From positions 1-8,775 of the forward strand of contig JALVPN010000161.1 in the NCBI GenBank assembly GCA_027031765.1: 8,775 nucleotides of DNA, read 5' to 3'. Below the pieces are notes generated by a model, which was not told where the DNA came from, did no database searches, and was given only the letters and a program-made list of their open reading frames with translations. Made by a program: the position numbers and the translations under genes. This document shows, piece by piece, positions 4,873-8,775 of this stretch (position 1 is its first letter; every line of letters starts with the position of its first letter). This DNA comes from Promethearchaeota archaeon (GTDB lineage: Archaea > Asgardarchaeota > Thorarchaeia > Thorarchaeales > Thorarchaeaceae).

Positions 4873-7680
4873 ATGCCTAGGAATACTTGCACGCTCTTTC
4901 TTGTGCTTGTTCTGCTGCTGATGTCAGTCCCAGTCCTCCCGACTGGACGGCACATCTCTCAGGACGCGTATTCGGAAGGGCGCGAGACTCAGGACATCCC
5001 GGCAGACCTTGCACAGCGAGTGTTCAGGGTTGCCGTGTATGCGCAGGACAACACGACACTGCCAGCATATGCTACGGCAGGAGTGCAACTGACTGCCAAC
5101 TACGAGAACGTAGCCAGTATCCTGGAGGACGCGGGGTACAGCGTGACGCTCATCACTGACGACATGATACTGGCACACAGGCTCAGGGTGGCAGACTATG
5201 ACGTGTTCGTCCTGGTCGACACATACCCCTCAGCCAGGGTCACGCACTTCGTCAAGCAGTACTGGCTCGGAGGCGGTGGCATGCTCAGCTTTGGCAGTGC
5301 AATCGGCTACCTCTTCTGGGACGGGATCATGCTCTTGGGACAGGAGGGCAACGACCGCTTTGGCGGCATCTGGAGCTACGCCACGTGGGACAAGGTGACC
5401 ATAACGAACAGGACACCGGTCACAAAGGCGTATCATCCGGACGACTCCATCAAGGACTTGTGGAGCCCCGGTGTGAGCTTCACGCAGAGCACCATAGACA
5501 GCTACTACACGACCAACTACCACGGCGAGTACATGACACTGGCAATTGAGGCCGACCACAGCAGAGGGGTAATGGCAAGCATCGATGCACGCAGATATGG
5601 TGGGCGCGTCGTCCAGATACCTGGCAACTGCAGTGCAGTCCCACCTGAGATTGCGCAGATCGCGGTGGACGCGGTGTCCTGGCTGGCCCCAAGACCAAGG
5701 GGGCACATCGTCTACGACCTCACTCACGACCCACAGTTCGGAGTTGACCCATGGGACAGCGTGACCTATCCAGGTAGGTACAGTGACTTCAGGACCTTCG
5801 CGGTCAACAACTCCTTCACGTTCGACAAGCTGTACCCATCAACTGAGGGCAACCTCACTCCCGACAACCTGGCACCATTCGATATGCTCATTGTACAGGG
5901 GCCCAACTACAACTTCACAGACGCTGAGGCGGCGGCCGTTGAGGAATGGGTGGACGATGGCGGCGCGCTGCTGGTCTTTGCTGACAAGAGCGTCGGGTCA
6001 ATCATCCCGAGGAATGTCCGGCTCAACCACCTCCTGTCTGGCTTTGACGTCGCGTGCAACATGAGCTCGACATCCGTGGCCGCAGTACAGTCCGGCAAAC
6101 ACATCGACACGCTCCCGACAGAGGGCTGCAGTGCCATCCATATGGCCTCTGGCGGGACCTTGGACGTAGAGGGCAACGCGTTCGCAATCTGGAGCGACAA
6201 CGAGAAGGTAACGATAGCTGGCGAGTACCACGGACGGGGACGCCTCCTCGTTATTGCCGACTGGAACATGCTCGAGAACGACTACATCCACATGGAGGAC
6301 AACGCACTGTTCGGCACGAACGCCGTCAACTGGCTTGGGGGGAGCAGAGCGAGGACACTGCTCTACGTCGACGAGCCACTGAGCCCGAACTACTCGTGGG
6401 CACCTGCGGCCAGAGCACTGAGGGACCTCGGCATCCCCTTCTATATGACTCACCATAGGTACTACCTGAACCTGTCGCTCACACTGCAGTCCTGGGACCT
6501 CCTGGTCGTCGACGACGACTGGTTCAACCTCAACAGCATCCTAGACGCAGTCCAGGACCACTTGGAGGGAGGTGGGAGGCTCGTCATGAGCTATTACTCC
6601 ATGGACTCCATCCCGGACAGTCCGCTGTGGCCCTATGTCGGTGTTTCATTCAACATGCAATTGCCCAGTAGCGCCAACCTGACAGTATGGCAGTCTGACC
6701 ACGAGATCTTCACAGTCCCGAACCCCTACGAGCCTGTCAACTACACACCGACGCACGACTACGGTGACGAGGGGGACATAGTGGAGGTCCTCCCGAATGC
6801 GACGGCACTTGCAGGGTACGGCGTCGAAAAGTCACAGGACATGGCCCTGATAACTCTCGGTGCCGAGGGCCGCGCACTCATGAACTGGTACCTCATCGAC
6901 GAGTTCTGGGTGGACAGGGACGACTCTACCTACATGGACAACTTCGAGCTCTGGGAGAACGAACTGGCATTCATGACGCGGGCCCTGATAACGCCCGTCC
7001 CGGATGGCGTGGTGGAGGCCGGTATGGAACCGCTTGCAGTCGACTGGGATGTCAGTGCACTCACGCCGGTCTCGTACGTCGTGAGCATCAACGGCTCGAC
7101 AGCAGTAACTGGCCATGGTCGTCCGGACACGGTCTCGTACATGGGCACCGCTGTGGACCCGGGGCTGTACGTGCTGAACCTGACGGTGACCGACACAGGT
7201 GGCTACACCGCGACCGACATTGTGCACATTGTGGCCCAGGACACCACGCCGCCAAACATCACAGACATGCCGGACATGAACATCACAGACCCAATGATGT
7301 CACTGTGGTGGAACTGTTCAGACCTCTATCCCAGCCACTACCGCATAACAGTCAATGGGACGCTGTTCAGAGAAGGGGTGTGGGACGGCGCAGATGTGAC
7401 CGTCATGCCGGGTGACCTCGGCAACGGGGTGTTCAACGTCACTCTGACCGTCAATGACACCAGTGGGAACACTGCCTCGGACTCAGCGCTCGTCAGGATT
7501 GACCTGCCACCAACTACCACAACCACTTCTACCACTGGCACCACCGGTACCACTACCACCACCACTACCCCAACAACGACGACCCCCGCAGACCTGACAC
7601 CGCTACTGTTGATAGCAGCAGTAGTGCTGGGCCTGCTGCTTGTGGCCGCCATCGTTGTCAGGAAACGGAGTCCAGAGTAG
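4873..7680 (+). CDS. Large membrane-anchored cell-surface glycoprotein: 3 class-I GATase-like (DUF4350/GldG-IFT52 GIFT-like) domains, 2 Ig-like repeats, Thr-rich linker, C-terminal TM
   Basis: N-terminal hydrophobic signal (LFLVLVLLLMSVP). Three similar alpha/beta units at about 5020-5685, 5701-6336 and 6349-6975, and two beta-sandwich-type repeats at about 6988-7239 and 7240-7500. I counted 20 N-x-S/T sequons. The Thr-rich linker is followed by TM LLLIAAVVLGLLLVAAIVV and basic tail RKRSPE. Domain family names come from motif recognition, not an HMM search. Confidence 0.85.
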   Translation: MPRNTCTLFLVLVLLLMSVPVLPTGRHISQDAYSEGRETQDIPADLAQRVFRVAVYAQDNTTLPAYATAGVQLTANYENVASILEDAGYSVTLITDDMILAHRLRVADYDVFVLVDTYPSARVTHFVKQYWLGGGGMLSFGSAIGYLFWDGIMLLGQEGNDRFGGIWSYATWDKVTITNRTPVTKAYHPDDSIKDLWSPGVSFTQSTIDSYYTTNYHGEYMTLAIEADHSRGVMASIDARRYGGRVVQIPGNCSAVPPEIAQIAVDAVSWLAPRPRGHIVYDLTHDPQFGVDPWDSVTYPGRYSDFRTFAVNNSFTFDKLYPSTEGNLTPDNLAPFDMLIVQGPNYNFTDAEAAAVEEWVDDGGALLVFADKSVGSIIPRNVRLNHLLSGFDVACNMSSTSVAAVQSGKHIDTLPTEGCSAIHMASGGTLDVEGNAFAIWSDNEKVTIAGEYHGRGRLLVIADWNMLENDYIHMEDNALFGTNAVNWLGGSRARTLLYVDEPLSPNYSWAPAARALRDLGIPFYMTHHRYYLNLSLTLQSWDLLVVDDDWFNLNSILDAVQDHLEGGGRLVMSYYSMDSIPDSPLWPYVGVSFNMQLPSSANLTVWQSDHEIFTVPNPYEPVNYTPTHDYGDEGDIVEVLPNATALAGYGVEKSQDMALITLGAEGRALMNWYLIDEFWVDRDDSTYMDNFELWENELAFMTRALITPVPDGVVEAGMEPLAVDWDVSALTPVSYVVSINGSTAVTGHGRPDTVSYMGTAVDPGLYVLNLTVTDTGGYTATDIVHIVAQDTTPPNITDMPDMNITDPMMSLWWNCSDLYPSHYRITVNGTLFREGVWDGADVTVMPGDLGNGVFNVTLTVNDTSGNTASDSALVRIDLPPTTTTTSTTGTTGTTTTTTTPTTTTPADLTPLLLIAAVVLGLLLVAAIVVRKRSPE
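7507..7587 (+). repeat. Low-complexity Thr-rich linker (ACN codon repeat)
   Basis: Encodes PPTTTTTSTTGTTGTTTTTTTPTTTTP (20 Thr in 27 aa) with mixed ACC/ACT/ACA/ACG codons, just before the TM anchor. Confidence 0.9.
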
Positions 7681-7767
7681 CCGGTACGGCAGACATCCTG
7701 AGCGCCTGTGCGCACAGCGGTACAGTACACAGCCTGCTACGTGCGGCAAGTGGCCAAGTAGCCCGCT

Positions 7768-7804
7768 GCGCGTAGCACTCTTTTTTTCAAGAGGAGTACC
7801 GCGC
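7768..7804 (+). terminator. Probable oligo-dT terminator in an imperfect hairpin between convergent genes
   Basis: A T7 run (7781-7787) about 100 nt after the surface-protein stop, flanked by the inverted repeats GCGCG/CGCGC and ACTC/GAGT. Oligo-dT tracts are established archaeal termination signals. Confidence 0.5.
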
Positions 7805-7887
7805 CATGTGGGTCTCTAGACTGACGGCACATCATGCTCCCAAGGTGCCCGCAGACGGGATGACGGGCGCAGACCTGTCAACAGCAG

Positions 7888-8337
7888 CTAGGTGAACTTC
7901 AGTTTCCACAACCTTACAGACTCGTACCATGCAAAGGACGCACCGACCGCACCGACTGCAATTGCTGCCACCCGGTCGAAGAGGCCTACCGGTACCATGA
8001 GGGCAAGAGCTATGAACGTGATGGTGTAGACCGTGAAGAAAACGGCGACAAAAACGTAACGCGGGAGTAGCACACCCCTGTAGGCGATGAAGTCACGCAG
8101 GATCCCGACCTTGACGACACGCTGGAGCTCGTACGTGTTGTCGGGACGCTTCGTCACGAGGCCCATGTCGACGAGACGGGAGAGATGGTGGCTTGCTACA
8201 GACGGGCTTGACATGCCAAGCTCACGCTGCACCTCACGGACACCCACCGGCTCGTTCTTGCTGAGCATGTGCCAGTATACCCTCAGAGTGTTCCCTCGCA
8301 GGTTGGTGCTGATGGTCTGGTCGTCCTCACAGGTCAT
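7888..8337 (-). CDS. Membrane-anchored winged helix-turn-helix (ArsR-like) transcriptional regulator, 149 aa
   Basis: N-terminal wHTH: LRGNTLRVYWHML...VGVREVQRELGMSSPSVASHHLSRLVDMGLVTK...Y. Two C-terminal hydrophobic helices: YVFVAVFFTVYTITFIALALMV and VAAIAVGAVGASFAWY. ATG 8337 is preferred over the GTG at 8370. Confidence 0.85.
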   Translation of the reverse strand: MTCEDDQTISTNLRGNTLRVYWHMLSKNEPVGVREVQRELGMSSPSVASHHLSRLVDMGLVTKRPDNTYELQRVVKVGILRDFIAYRGVLLPRYVFVAVFFTVYTITFIALALMVPVGLFDRVAAIAVGAVGASFAWYESVRLWKLKFT

Positions 8338-8563
8338 TGCGATGCACACCAGTGCTGTGTCGTGTCCCACGGGTCGGCGCTGCGGGACTATGGCACTGTG
8401 GACAGCATACTAGATGAACCTACTGTTCCGTTGTACTGTTCTACTATCTGGACGCCCAGAGCACAAGACGCCGGGGGGTGTTCGAGAGGGTGGACGCGCT
8501 GTTCTAATGTGTGGGTTGATATCCCGTTGGGTGTACGGCCCACCCATGTACCTGCGAAAGATT

Positions 8564-8775
8564 ATGGCAATCGACAGCCGCACCAGACGTCGTGTTGTTT
8601 CCAGCGGGATAATATCAGCACTCCTGGCAGCAACCCTCGTCGTGTCAATCGGCGTGTTCACAGGGAGGATTCCCCTGTTGCCAGGCACCACTCCGGGGCC
8701 ACCCACACTGCAGACCGGTGGCCCACTGTTCACCATCAACCACTCGGTCACCACAGACTTTGCGGAGTACACCCC
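8564..8775 (+). CDS. Signal-anchored (type II membrane or exported) hypothetical protein; partial (runs off the right edge)
   Basis: Open frame to the window end: MAIDSRTRRRVVSSGIISALLAATLVVSIGVFTGRIPLLPGTTPGPPTLQTGGPLFTINHSVTTDFAEYTP. A basic N-terminus is followed by a hydrophobic helix and a Pro/Thr linker. Alternative in-frame ATG at 8546. Not in the ORF track, which lists only the antisense frame. Confidence 0.75.
   Translation, partial: MAIDSRTRRRVVSSGIISALLAATLVVSIGVFTGRIPLLPGTTPGPPTLQTGGPLFTINHSVTTDFAEYT

Noticed and set aside
7507-7587. ACC/ACT-rich repeat as a possible microsatellite, contingency locus or CRISPR-like array.
   Set aside because: It is an in-frame Thr linker with mixed synonymous codons and has no repeat-spacer structure.
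7681-7887. 207 bp gap between convergent genes as a possible tRNA or box C/D sRNA.
   Set aside because: I could find no cloverleaf or T-loop consensus and no properly placed C (RUGAUGA) and D (CUGA) boxes. The terminator-like hairpin explains the visible structure.

Overview
Ordinary chromosomal DNA at roughly 60% GC (spot counts). It is most likely archaeal, and the protein families and architectures suggest an Asgard/Thorarchaeota-like organism (inference, no database search). Left to right: (1) a partial exported protein on the minus strand, running off the left edge and missed by the ORF track; (2) a metal-dependent amidohydrolase; (3) a decayed PAS + histidine kinase pseudogene with a lost phospho-His, two compensating frameshifts and an in-frame TGA; (4) aspartate ammonia-lyase (aspA) with an unusual Glu at the conserved His/Gln site; (5) a 935-aa membrane-anchored surface glycoprotein built from three GATase-like folds, two Ig-like repeats, a Thr-rich linker and a C-terminal TM; (6) a small winged-helix regulator with two C-terminal TM helices; (7) a partial signal-anchored protein running off the right edge, also missed by the track. 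No rRNA, tRNA, CRISPR array, IS or phage gene is supported. I see no clear-cut new multi-gene system. The best leads are a degenerate ~45-60 nt non-coding motif shared by two divergent intergenic regions, the membrane-tethered regulator among envelope genes, the triplicated surface protein and the AspA active-site variant.
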